DNA from: an uncultured bacterium
Lineage (GTDB): Bacteria; Acidobacteriota; Thermoanaerobaculia; Multivoradales; JAHZIX01
Direction: 5' to 3'
DNA: 64,000 bases
NCBI GenBank assembly: GCA_965368975.1
Contig: CBDUPA010000004.1
Span: 32,001 to 96,000 of the forward strand
Below, in pieces: positions 34,450-43,862 of the stretch (position 1 is the first letter of the stretch; each line of letters begins with the position of its first letter). The position numbers were made by a program, and so were the translations under genes. The notes beneath the pieces are model-generated. The model searched no databases. It had not been told where the DNA came from and worked only from the letters and a program-made list of their open reading frames with translations.

Positions 34450-35442
34450 ATGGGACGCTTGTTTTCAGCTGTCACTGGCTCCGCTCTCGCCGCACTCTTG
34501 TTGGCCTTGTGCTGTTCGGCTTGCGGCCGGCCGGGTGGGCTGTCCTCGGAGGGGGGCGACCCTCCAGACGTCGAAAGCACCGTTGCAGCTGAGTTCGCAC
34601 GGCTCGTCGTGCTCGCCCCTGGCGCCGCTGAGATGCTGGGACGGCTGGGGCTGAGCGAGCAGGTGGTCGGTGTCGGCGATTTCGTGCACTGGCCGCCGGA
34701 GCTGACGTCGAAGCCGCGTGTCGGTGCCTATGACGCACCCAATGCCGAGGTGATCCTGTCCCTCGATGCCGACCTACTCATCACCACCCGCAGCCAGGCG
34801 GCGCGCTCGGGACTGCGCCGGCTGGAGGAGCTGGGTGTCGAGGTGCTGGAGCTCGACACCGAGAGCTTCGACGAGATCGTCGAGGCGTACCGGATTCTGG
34901 GTGCCCGCTTGCACAAGGAAGCGGAAGCGGCGGCCTTGGTCGCCGAGCTGCAGCGACGGCAGGCGTTGGTGCGGGAGCGAGTGGTGGGAGTGCCGAAGCG
35001 TCGTGTGTTGGTGGTGGTGGGGCGCGATCCGCTGTTCGTCGCGGGACCGGGCTCGCACCTCGACCGCATGATCCAGGATGCCGGCGGCACCAATGTCGCC
35101 GCGGACGTCGGTGCGGCCTACCGGCAGATGTCGCGCGAGGCGATGCTGGAGCGCTCGCCGGAGGTGATCGTCGACACGTCGGACAACCGGCCCGGCGCGC
35201 CGCGTGGACGCGAAGTCGGCACCTGGGCACAGTGGGATTTTCTGCCGGCCGTCGAGCAGGAGCGTGTTTACCATGTGCATCCGGACCGCCTGGTGATTCC
35301 GGGGCCGCGCCTACCCGAGATGACGGAGTTGATGGCCAAGCTGATCCATCCGGAGCTGTTCGGCGAGGCGACGCTGCCGGAGTTCGGGCCGCTGGACCCG
35401 GCCGTTCATCTGGGCCCGATCGATGAGGAGGCCGGCCCGTGA
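34450..35442 (+). CDS. Helical-backbone ABC substrate-binding lipoprotein (cobalamin/iron-chelate, BtuF-like)
   Basis: Lipobox-like CSAC, LVVLAPG..E.L, PNAEVILSL.ADL, GGTNV, PGPRL. Confidence 0.8.
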   Translation: MGRLFSAVTGSALAALLLALCCSACGRPGGLSSEGGDPPDVESTVAAEFARLVVLAPGAAEMLGRLGLSEQVVGVGDFVHWPPELTSKPRVGAYDAPNAEVILSLDADLLITTRSQAARSGLRRLEELGVEVLELDTESFDEIVEAYRILGARLHKEAEAAALVAELQRRQALVRERVVGVPKRRVLVVVGRDPLFVAGPGSHLDRMIQDAGGTNVAADVGAAYRQMSREAMLERSPEVIVDTSDNRPGAPRGREVGTWAQWDFLPAVEQERVYHVHPDRLVIPGPRLPEMTELMAKLIHPELFGEATLPEFGPLDPAVHLGPIDEEAGP

Positions 35443-36506
35443 CGCTGACGCGCCGTCGCTTGCTGACGTGGTGCCTGGGGCTGTCGCTGCTGCTGGCTGT
35501 CTGCCTGACGCTAGGGGCGTCGTTGGGGGCCGGCGGTGTGTCGCTGGCACGCCTGCTCGATGCCGTGCTGGGCGGCGAGCCGCTGAGCCGAGCTGAAGCG
35601 TCGATCTTCTTCCAGGTGCGGCTGCCGCGCGTGCTGCTGGCGGCGGTGCTCGGCGGTTGCCTGACGCTGGCTGGCGTCGTCTTCCAGGCGCTGCTGCGCA
35701 ATCCGCTCGCCGATCCGTACGTGCTCGGCGTCTCCGGCGGCGCCAGCATCGGCGGTGTCGTCGCGCTGATGCTCGGTGCCGGGGCACTGAGTGTGCCGGT
35801 TCTGGGTCTTTCCTTGGGGAGCCTTGCAGTGCCCGCTTTCGCCTTTGCCGGGGCGCTGGGAGCCCTGTTCTTGATCCAGCGCGTAGCCACCGTCGACGGC
35901 CGGTTGACAGTGTTCACCATGCTGCTGACCGGCGTCGTGTTCAACGCCTTCAGTGGCGCGCTGATCTACTTCCTGCAGAGCCTGGCCTCGCTGCAGGAGC
36001 TGCATGCCATCGTCTTCTACCTGATGGGATCGATCCCGTCCCTGGGCTATCCGGCGGTACTGACGCTGAGTGTCGTGGCGCTGTTGGCGGTCGGTTACCT
36101 GTTCACCCTGGCGCGCGACTACAACACGCTCAGCTTGGGCGAGGACGGCGCGGCGCAGCTGGGGGTGGACGTCGAGACGCTGAAGGTGCGGACCTTCGTC
36201 GTCGGCTGTCTGCTGACCGGCCTGTGCGTCGCGGTGGCGGGATTGATCGGCTTCGTCGGCCTGGTGGTGCCGCACTTGCTGCGTCTTCTACTCGGGCCGG
36301 ACCATCGCTTGCTGTTGCCGGCGGGCTTCCTCGGCGGGGCTGCCTTCCTTGTGTTGGCCGACTTGCTGGCGCGCTTGCTGCTCGCACCGACGGAGATTCC
36401 GGTCGGCGTCGTGACGGCGCTGATCGGTGGCCCGTTCTTCCTGCACTTGATGCGACGCGGTTCTGTCGCTGGGACGCGCGCCAGCAGCGCTCACGCGCGG
36501 GCCTGA
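35439..36506 (+). CDS. FecCD/BtuC-family ABC permease
   Basis: RLPR, QALLRNPLADPYVLGVSGGA, GLIGFVGLVVPH, EIPVGVVTALIGGPFF. Confidence 0.9.
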   Translation: MTLTRRRLLTWCLGLSLLLAVCLTLGASLGAGGVSLARLLDAVLGGEPLSRAEASIFFQVRLPRVLLAAVLGGCLTLAGVVFQALLRNPLADPYVLGVSGGASIGGVVALMLGAGALSVPVLGLSLGSLAVPAFAFAGALGALFLIQRVATVDGRLTVFTMLLTGVVFNAFSGALIYFLQSLASLQELHAIVFYLMGSIPSLGYPAVLTLSVVALLAVGYLFTLARDYNTLSLGEDGAAQLGVDVETLKVRTFVVGCLLTGLCVAVAGLIGFVGLVVPHLLRLLLGPDHRLLLPAGFLGGAAFLVLADLLARLLLAPTEIPVGVVTALIGGPFFLHLMRRGSVAGTRASSAHARA

Positions 36507-36507
36507 C

Positions 36508-37344
36508 ATGCGGCTGGAGATCAATAACCTGAGCTTTGCCTATGACCGCACCTCGGTGCTGGAGGACTTCGACCTGCGTGTCGAGCCCGGCGAGGTCGTG
36601 GGCTTGTTGGGACCGAACGGTTCGGGTAAGAGCACGGTGGTCAAGTTGGTCTCCGGTGTACTGGGTGGTTATGACGGCAGCATTCACCTGGACGGCATCG
36701 AGCGTGCGTCGATCGCGCCGCGCGAGCTGGCGCAACGGCTGGCCGTGGTGCCGCAGGAGCCGCGCTTCGGCTTTCCCTTCAGCGCTTTGGAGGTGGTGCT
36801 GATGGGACGCCACCCGCACCTCGGCCGACTGGCCTTCGAGGGCGAAGAGGATGTGCGGCTGGCGCGCGCGGCGCTCGAACGGTGCGGCGCACTGGTGCTG
36901 GCCGAGCGCTCGATCCAGCAGCTGTCGTCCGGCGAGCGGCAACGGGTCGTGTTTGCCCGCGCCCTGGCGCAGCAGCCGCGGTTGCTGCTGCTCGACGAGC
37001 CCACGAGTTTCCTCGACATCCGCCACCAGGTAGAGCTCTACGACCTGGTGCGGGATCTGGCGGAGCGCGAGAACGTCGGCGTGTTGACGGTGCTGCACGA
37101 CCTCAACTTGGCTGCCGAGTACTGCGATCGCATCTACCTGCTGCGCTCCGGCCGCTTGCACGCTGCCGGCAGTGTGGAGGAGGTGTTCACCTACGCCAAC
37201 CTCACCGAGGTCTACGGCACGGATCTCTACGTCGACGTCAACGACCTGACCGGCCGCTTGCTGGTCGTACCCCTGTCGCGCCGTGCTCGGGAGGTTGTGG
37301 CGAAGCGCCAGATCCAGGATGTGCAGTCCGACGCCGTGCGCTAA
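36508..37344 (+). CDS. Iron-chelate/cobalamin ABC transporter ATPase
   Basis: GPNGSGKST, LSSGERQR, LLDEPT, VLHDLNLA. Confidence 0.9.
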   Translation: MRLEINNLSFAYDRTSVLEDFDLRVEPGEVVGLLGPNGSGKSTVVKLVSGVLGGYDGSIHLDGIERASIAPRELAQRLAVVPQEPRFGFPFSALEVVLMGRHPHLGRLAFEGEEDVRLARAALERCGALVLAERSIQQLSSGERQRVVFARALAQQPRLLLLDEPTSFLDIRHQVELYDLVRDLAERENVGVLTVLHDLNLAAEYCDRIYLLRSGRLHAAGSVEEVFTYANLTEVYGTDLYVDVNDLTGRLLVVPLSRRAREVVAKRQIQDVQSDAVR

Positions 37345-37419
37345 ACTAGCTTCAGTGGTTCGGCCGTCTCATCTGCCCACTCAGGCCATCTTTCCGCCGC
37401 CAAGGAGTTCGAACTCGAT

Positions 37420-38340
37420 ATGGGTCTATTGCATGGCTCCGTCAGCCTCACGCGCTTCAATGTTGTCGACTGCCCCGAGGAGGTCGACTTCGAGGCGCTG
37501 CGCTTCGAGGAGATTCCCACCAACTCGGAAATCAAAGAGCAGCTGGGTTTCGTGCCGTTCGAACTCGATGCGCCCTACCAGGTCGGGCAGCGACGCTGGG
37601 TGTTCCGGGTTCGCATCGATCAGCGCAAGCCCGACACGACGGCGGTACGCGAGCGACTGCGGCAGTTGATCCACACGGAAATGGAGCTGACCGGCGTCGA
37701 GTTCGTTGGCGCCAAGAAGCGCAAGCAGCTGCGCCAGCTGGCCGAAGAGGAGTTGCTGTACCAGACGACCCCGCGCTCCAAGATCATCGAAGGCTGCATC
37801 GACAACAAGGTGGCCTACCTGGCAACTACGGCGAAGAACTACCTCGGGCTGATCGTCCTGCTGCTGCGCAAGGTGGGCGTCGTGCTCGACTTCAAGACGC
37901 CGTGGTTGGACGTCGGCGAAGCGTATGTCGACAGTGAGGTCGTGCGCACCGACGAGCCCGGGCAATCGGTGCTCGGCTGCCGCTTCCTGCGCGAGCTGAT
38001 CGGTGATCGAGACGTGGCCTTGGAGCCGGAGAGTGGCAGCGTGCGGCTGCAGACCGAGGAGCTACGCGTCAGCTTGTCGGGAGCGGTGCTCAAGGATCTG
38101 CGTCGCTATATCGAGCAGGGTGCCGAGGTGCTGTCCGCCAAGCTCAAGACGCGAGACGCGTCGTTCCGCTTCGACGCCTTGAGCTATCGCCTCAACAGCC
38201 TGCAGATCGAAGTCGAGAGTGAAGAGCACTGGACGGAGCGGCTGGATGCTCGCCTGGAACGCATCGCCGAACTCTGGCAGTTGCTGGATGACAAGTACGA
38301 GACCCTGATGAATCGCGCCAGCCGGCCCGCGGAGTCCTAG
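37420..38340 (+). CDS. RdgC-like recombination-associated protein
   Basis: AAGGAG RBS. MGLLHGSVSLTRF..GFVPF..FRVRIDQRK..KKRKQLR..EEELL pattern resembles RdgC-family N-termini. Confidence 0.6.
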   Translation: MGLLHGSVSLTRFNVVDCPEEVDFEALRFEEIPTNSEIKEQLGFVPFELDAPYQVGQRRWVFRVRIDQRKPDTTAVRERLRQLIHTEMELTGVEFVGAKKRKQLRQLAEEELLYQTTPRSKIIEGCIDNKVAYLATTAKNYLGLIVLLLRKVGVVLDFKTPWLDVGEAYVDSEVVRTDEPGQSVLGCRFLRELIGDRDVALEPESGSVRLQTEELRVSLSGAVLKDLRRYIEQGAEVLSAKLKTRDASFRFDALSYRLNSLQIEVESEEHWTERLDARLERIAELWQLLDDKYETLMNRASRPAES

Positions 38341-38373
38341 CGGGACAGCTCCGGCGCCGTCGGAGATCCGACC

Positions 38374-39465
38374 ATGAAGAATCTCTCCTCGCTGGAACGT
38401 GCAAGCCTCGACGAGCAGTGGAACGATGCCGATTCGCTGGCAACCTGGCTGGCCCATGACGAGAGCCTGGCACAGCTCGGGGACGCCCTGGATCTTCAGC
38501 TGATCCTGCGGGACACGGACGTACTGGCTACCGAGCCGCATCGAGTGCCCCTGCTGTGTGAGGACCTGCATCAAGAGGGTCGCTCTGTGGTCGTGCAACC
38601 CCAAGTCGAGGCCGCGGTGCCTGGACAGTTGGGCTCGTTGCTGCTGCAAGCGGCCGCGCTGGACGCCACCGCTGTCGTGTGGGTGGCGGCGTCGTTCCCG
38701 CCGTCGCTGCGTGCCACGCTCGAATGGCTCAATCGCAAGACCTACCACCAGTGTGCCTTCTACGTTGTCGAGTTGCAGCTCTGGCGCATCGGTACATCGT
38801 CACCAGCGCCGCGCTTCGAGGTGGTCGTGCGGCCGAGCGAAGGCAAGGAGGCGGTCGATGCCGCGCTCGCCTACCGGCGGGCCACCAGTTCCTTCGGGGC
38901 GCGTCCACGACATCCTGTCGACCTGCACGTCGACGATCACTTGCGTGCTGAGGATTGGCTGCATCACTGGCAGGAGTTTGTCGATTATGCTGCCGGGGCT
39001 TCGGGAGCCGGCAGCGAGAGCAATGAGCCTGCTGCCGTGCCGCTGCCGCAGCCGGCAGCGCGCAGCTGGATCGAGATTCCGTTTGACTTTCCCGGGATTC
39101 GCGTGACCTTGGCGCACTCGGCACGCGTGGCGGAAACCAGTATCTTTGTGCTGGCGCGCCGTCAGCCGACACCCAATCTGCACCGCGCTCTAGAGCGCCA
39201 CCAAGCCCAGATCGAGGCTGCGCTGGGGACGGGCGTGCAGTGGCACCTGTCGCCCGAGGAGGGGGACTACATCGGCTTTGCCGAGCGTTTGCCGCAGTCG
39301 TCGTGTTCGCTGCCGTCCGCGATCCGAACTCAGCGTGAGGAGCATTTCGCTCGGCTGCTGGAAATCCTCTCGCGGCTGCGCGCCGTCTTGGAGGATGTCG
39401 TCAAAGCCGCCCACAATGGGGAGGCGTCCGAAGCGCAAGCTTCCGCCGGCGAATCTCCCACCTGA
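38374..39465 (+). CDS. DUF4268-domain protein with a degenerate endonuclease-like N-terminal domain
   Basis: WLA..ESLAQLGDALDL, AAALDA..VVWVA..F....RATLEWLN, VELQLWRIG.S.PAPRFEVVVRP, then W..F..Y and ..QIEAALG..VQW. Confidence 0.7.
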   Translation: MKNLSSLERASLDEQWNDADSLATWLAHDESLAQLGDALDLQLILRDTDVLATEPHRVPLLCEDLHQEGRSVVVQPQVEAAVPGQLGSLLLQAAALDATAVVWVAASFPPSLRATLEWLNRKTYHQCAFYVVELQLWRIGTSSPAPRFEVVVRPSEGKEAVDAALAYRRATSSFGARPRHPVDLHVDDHLRAEDWLHHWQEFVDYAAGASGAGSESNEPAAVPLPQPAARSWIEIPFDFPGIRVTLAHSARVAETSIFVLARRQPTPNLHRALERHQAQIEAALGTGVQWHLSPEEGDYIGFAERLPQSSCSLPSAIRTQREEHFARLLEILSRLRAVLEDVVKAAHNGEASEAQASAGESPT

Positions 39466-39486
39466 TCGCTGATCTCAGGAGACCTC

Positions 39487-41025
39487 ATGCGCTACGCTGC
39501 CCTCGAAGCCTCCATCCCGCGGCCTCTCGGGCAGTCAGCAGCGGCTGATACCGACAGCTGCACGTCCAACAAGAGCTGGTTCCGGGCTCTCTTCGAGAGT
39601 CTCTTCAGACGCGGCGTCGAGAGCTGGTTGTGGCCGATCCCGCGTCCGCAGCAGAGGCTCAACGCCGAGCGGCGGGCAGCCCTGCCGGAGTCTGTGCGCA
39701 GCTTGCCCCAGCAGACGCTGACCGCCAGTCACCACTCGTGCGGGGCGACGCACAGCTTGATGGAGCGCTGCAACTTCGCGTGCACCAGCTGCTATCTCAG
39801 CACCGAGGCCAACGCGGCGGCGCCGCTGCCGTGGCCGCAGGTCAAGGCACAGCTCGATCAGCTGCGTGCCTTCTTGGGGGAAGAGGGCAAGGCGCAGCTG
39901 ACCTCCGGGGAGGTGACGCTGCTACCCGTCGACGTCCTGGGTTCCTACGTCGAGTATGCCCGCCAGATCGGCCTCGATCCGATGGTGATGACACACGGCG
40001 AGCGGCTGCTCGAGGAGCCCGCCTATCTGCGCACCCTCGTCCAGCGCTATGGCCTGCGCAAGCTCTCCGTGCACGTGGATGTGACGCAGCGGGGGCGTCA
40101 AGGTTGGCGTTCCGGGCTGCAGGAGCACGAGCTGCACGGGCTTCGCGATCAGTATGCACAGCTGTTGCGCCAGGTGCGTCGCGAGACGGGAGCCCGTGTC
40201 AAAGCCGGGCACACCGTGACGCTGAACCACGACAATCTGGACGGCGTTCCGGATATCGTGCGCTGGGTGCGGGACAACGCAGATGCCTTCCGCATTGTCA
40301 GCTTCCAGCCAGCGGCGCCGGTCGGTCGCACCCAGGATGCGCCGCTTCAAGTCAGCCTCGACGAGGTGTGGCGGCGAGTCTGTGACGGCTTGGGGCGCGA
40401 TCTCAATCGGCACGCGGTCTACTTCGGTCATCCCGAATGCTCGATCGTTGCGCCGTTGACCATCGTCCGCAGTGGTGAGCAGGCGCTGGTGATCGAGATG
40501 GCACGCGCCGACCGCCGCTGGGACGCTGGCTTCGTGCGTCGTATGCTCGCTGGGTCCGCGGCCTGGGCGCCGGAGGCCCTCGGCAAGTTCTTCGGCCTCC
40601 TGGGCTTCGGTTTGGGAGACGACTCGCTGCTCGGGCTGTCGCGCCGCCGGTGGAATCCGCTCGCTTGGCTGACGCTGGCAGCGCGCAACCTGCCCCTGCT
40701 CGTCGAGCTGCCGTTCTATGGTCTCTACCGCCTGTGGGGAGAACGCCGGGCATTGCTGAGGCTTACTGCGCAGATCCTGCGTGGCCGCGGCCTCTCCGTG
40801 CGCGCCATGGCGGTGGTGGTGCACAAATTCATGAGCGCCGAGGAATTGGCGACACCGCTGGGTCAGGAGCGATTGCAGGCCTGTGCCTTCCACCTGCCGG
40901 TCGACGGCCGCATGGTGCCGATGTGCGAAGTCAACGCTACCGACCTGCGCCAGAGGCTCAACCGGCAGTTGCGCCGCCGCCCGGCCCAGAAACAAGTAGA
41001 GTCCCAGGCGTTCGAAGACACCTGA
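39487..41025 (+). CDS. Radical SAM enzyme (Tes/MJ0619-like motifs)
   Basis: CNFACTSC, SGE, SFQP..VGR, HPEC, HKFM...ERLQACAFH..DGRMVPMCEVN. Confidence 0.85.
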   Translation: MRYAALEASIPRPLGQSAAADTDSCTSNKSWFRALFESLFRRGVESWLWPIPRPQQRLNAERRAALPESVRSLPQQTLTASHHSCGATHSLMERCNFACTSCYLSTEANAAAPLPWPQVKAQLDQLRAFLGEEGKAQLTSGEVTLLPVDVLGSYVEYARQIGLDPMVMTHGERLLEEPAYLRTLVQRYGLRKLSVHVDVTQRGRQGWRSGLQEHELHGLRDQYAQLLRQVRRETGARVKAGHTVTLNHDNLDGVPDIVRWVRDNADAFRIVSFQPAAPVGRTQDAPLQVSLDEVWRRVCDGLGRDLNRHAVYFGHPECSIVAPLTIVRSGEQALVIEMARADRRWDAGFVRRMLAGSAAWAPEALGKFFGLLGFGLGDDSLLGLSRRRWNPLAWLTLAARNLPLLVELPFYGLYRLWGERRALLRLTAQILRGRGLSVRAMAVVVHKFMSAEELATPLGQERLQACAFHLPVDGRMVPMCEVNATDLRQRLNRQLRRRPAQKQVESQAFEDT

Positions 41026-41041
41026 GGAGTTGTGACGCCAT

Positions 41042-42913
41042 TCAGGCGTCGGCGCGCAGCATCTCCAGTTCCTGGATCACCGGCCACAATGCAGCGGCCG
41101 GCTGAGGGACCGAGAACAAGAAACCCTGGGCCGAGTCGCAGCCGATGCGGTGCAGGAAGTCGCGTTGCCAGGCGGTCTCGACGCCCTCGGCAATGACGTG
41201 CAGGCTCAGGCTTTGCGCCAGGCGCACGACACCCTCGATCAGGGCTCCGGCACCGCTGCGGCCCTGCGCGTCGTCGGCATCGTCCGGCGCTGTGCCCTCG
41301 GGACCGGGACGCAGTTCGCGCACGAAGGCACGGTCGATCTTGAGGCCGTCCAACTGCAAGCGCTGGAGGTAGGCGAGTGAGGAGTAGCCGGTGCCGAAGT
41401 CGTCGACGGTTACCTGCACGCCGTGCACTTGCAACTGCCGCAGGTGCCGGGAGGCCGTGTCGAGATCGCGCATCAGCATGCTCTCGGTGATCTCGAGGCC
41501 CAGCGCTGCGGCCGGCAGACTGCTTTCCCGCAGAATGTCGGCGACCGTGTCGACGAAATCCGGGGCGGTGAACTGCAACGCCGAGACGTTGACCCAGATG
41601 CGCAGCGGTCGCTGTGCGCTTTCTTGCCAGGCCACGGCCTGGCGGCACGCTTCGCGCAGCGCCCAGCCGCCCAGATCCTCGATCAGGCCGCACTGCTCAG
41701 CTAGCGAGATGAACTTCTCGGGCAGCAGCAAGCCCCGGTCCGGGTGTTGCCAGCGCATCAGGGCCTCGATCCCGATCACCGCCGAGTTGACCAGGTCGAC
41801 CTGCGGCTGGAAGTAGAGTTGCAGTTCGTCGCGCTCCAAGGCTCCGCGTAGCTGGTGTTCCAGTTCGAAGCGCTCCAGTGCCTGCTCGGTCATCTCCGGT
41901 GAGAAGCACTGGATCGGTCCGTGGTGACCTTGGGCCTTGGCGCGGTAGAGGGCGCTGTCGGCGCTTTGCAAGAGAGTCGTCGGATTCTCGGCATCCTGCG
42001 GGTAGAGGCTGATGCCGGCGCTGGCGTTGAGGAAGATCTCGCGCTGGCCGACGCGGAATGGTGTTCCCAAGATCGCGAGCAGCTTGCGTGCCACCATCAC
42101 CGCCGCCGCCGTCTCGTGCAGGCCGTTGAGCACTACGAGGAACTCGTCGCCTCCCATGCGTACCAGCGTATCCGTTTGTCGCGTGCAGGTGCGGAAGCGC
42201 TCGGCCACCTGGCGTAGTAGTTGGTCGCCCACGGGGTGTCCGAGGCTTTCGTTGACTTCCTTGAAGCGATCAAGGTCGATCAACAGCACGGCCACCAGTG
42301 TCTTGCGTCGATGCGCCAGGAAGAGTGCCTGCTGGAGACGGTCGTTGAGCAGGTAGCGGTTGGGTAGGTCGGTCAGGGGGTCGTGCTGCGCCTGGTAGAT
42401 GAGGCTCTGGCTCAGTTGACCATGGCCGATGGCCAGGGCGGCCATCCTGGTCATCATCTCGAGCACATCTTGCTCCCAGTCCTCGGGTTCGCGCGCCGGC
42501 GGGCCAAAGACTTCCAGCTCGCCGAGTCGCTCTCCGGGCCGGCCCTGGATGAACATCTTCCAGGTGGCCGATTGTCCCGTCTCGGCCCGTGGCTTGGCAG
42601 GTTGCAGCAATTCCGCCGAACTCGTGGCTTGCGCGACCTTGGGTTCCAGGCAGATCTGGCCCCAAGTGCCAGGGATCAGCTCACTCAGCATGGCGAGCAA
42701 CTGTTGCAAAGTGTCGCGCAAGGACTGCTCTTGCGACACCATGCGCACCGCCAAGGTGCTGGCCTTGAGCAAGCCGGCGAGTAGCCTGCGGTCGTGATGG
42801 AGCTCGGTTTCGAGTGTGGACAGCTGCTGCTCGAGGGTGCGCAGCTGGGCCTTCAGTGCGGCGTTGGCGACGTTCTGGAACGAGCCCTGAATCGTGTCGG
42901 AAAAACTTGCCAT
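41042..42913 (-). CDS. GGDEF-EAL diguanylate cyclase/phosphodiesterase with an N-terminal GAF-like region
   Basis: HDPLTDLPNR, DLDRFKEVN..GH, MGGDEF, FQPQV, EALMRW, DDFGTGYSSL, AEGVET. Confidence 0.9.
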   Translation of the reverse strand: MASFSDTIQGSFQNVANAALKAQLRTLEQQLSTLETELHHDRRLLAGLLKASTLAVRMVSQEQSLRDTLQQLLAMLSELIPGTWGQICLEPKVAQATSSAELLQPAKPRAETGQSATWKMFIQGRPGERLGELEVFGPPAREPEDWEQDVLEMMTRMAALAIGHGQLSQSLIYQAQHDPLTDLPNRYLLNDRLQQALFLAHRRKTLVAVLLIDLDRFKEVNESLGHPVGDQLLRQVAERFRTCTRQTDTLVRMGGDEFLVVLNGLHETAAAVMVARKLLAILGTPFRVGQREIFLNASAGISLYPQDAENPTTLLQSADSALYRAKAQGHHGPIQCFSPEMTEQALERFELEHQLRGALERDELQLYFQPQVDLVNSAVIGIEALMRWQHPDRGLLLPEKFISLAEQCGLIEDLGGWALREACRQAVAWQESAQRPLRIWVNVSALQFTAPDFVDTVADILRESSLPAAALGLEITESMLMRDLDTASRHLRQLQVHGVQVTVDDFGTGYSSLAYLQRLQLDGLKIDRAFVRELRPGPEGTAPDDADDAQGRSGAGALIEGVVRLAQSLSLHVIAEGVETAWQRDFLHRIGCDSAQGFLFSVPQPAAALWPVIQELEMLRADA

Positions 42914-43173
42914 GTGCGGTGGATCCCTGTCCTGGAAAGAAGGTGTCTTTGCGGAAGACCAGGCACCAAGAGGCATTCGAAATTCAAGAGGAACTCAGTA
43001 ACCGTTAATCATAGTCCTCGACACGGCAAAGAACAAGGACACGATTCGGGAGACAGGAAACTGCCGACTTGGATTCCCGGCCGCCAAACGGCAATCGCCC
43101 GATGCGCGATCCCGCGGAGAGCGGGGGTGGCACCGGGCGAATGTGCGGGGCAGCGCGAGTTTCTAGCTGCGTC

Positions 43174-43569
43174 TCAGCGCGAAGGAGGACCGGGGGGCAC
43201 GGACTTCAGTCGTGCTACAGCTTGCAGGTAGACATCTGCTGTCATCAGGTCCTGCTTCCAGCACTGGCGCAGAACGCCTCGCAGAGCTGTCAAGTAGCGG
43301 TTGATGGTCGCGGACGTTGTGCTGGCTGTGCTGCCGTTGCGCGGGATCCACTCGCCGCTGGTGAGGTGCTCGTGCACGTCGGCCACTTCCGAGCCTGTCA
43401 GCTGCCACCAGGGCGCTTCGAGGCCATCGAAGCCATTCTTACGGCTCTTGGCGTGGCTCCATTCGATGCGCTCTGCGAGCAGGTTCAAAGCCTCACGGGC
43501 GGTGCGCTCATTGCGGGACGACAAGCCGCTCAGGTACGTCTCAACAGGATTTGGATCAGGTTGCTTCAT
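43174..43569 (-). pseudogene. N-terminal (core-binding) domain of a tyrosine recombinase, with no catalytic domain
   Basis: NPVETYLSGL..RT.REAL..A..PWWQL..ATINRYLTALRGVLRQCWK.DLM..Y..A..LK.V, then a stop. I see no R-H-R-Y catalytic region downstream. Flanks are AT-richer than the surroundings. Confidence 0.6.
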
Positions 43570-43862
43570 CTGCCCTTTTACCTCCTTGGGGTCACGAGTG
43601 CAGGCATTCCAAACGCTCAGCCTCAGTCGATGCCCCTTGCTGCTCATGTCACCTTCCAGCAGGACTCAGGGCGCTGATGGCTCCCCCTCCACGGTTGAGC
43701 TCGATGATACAACAAAAAAGGGTTGTGTCCATAGAGTCCTGCAATTTTTCTTCGGCGACCTCAAAAAAACACGCGATCAACGACCGTCGCGAAGGCTCCA
43801 GCTATGGGGTCGGAGGTGCCGCTAGGCTGGAAGGGTGGTGGGTGCGGGCTCGTTGGTCGCAG

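Noticed and set aside
43174-43647. Prophage or integrative element boundary
   Set aside because: No catalytic integrase, att-like repeats, tRNA or cargo genes are visible; kept only as a fragment.
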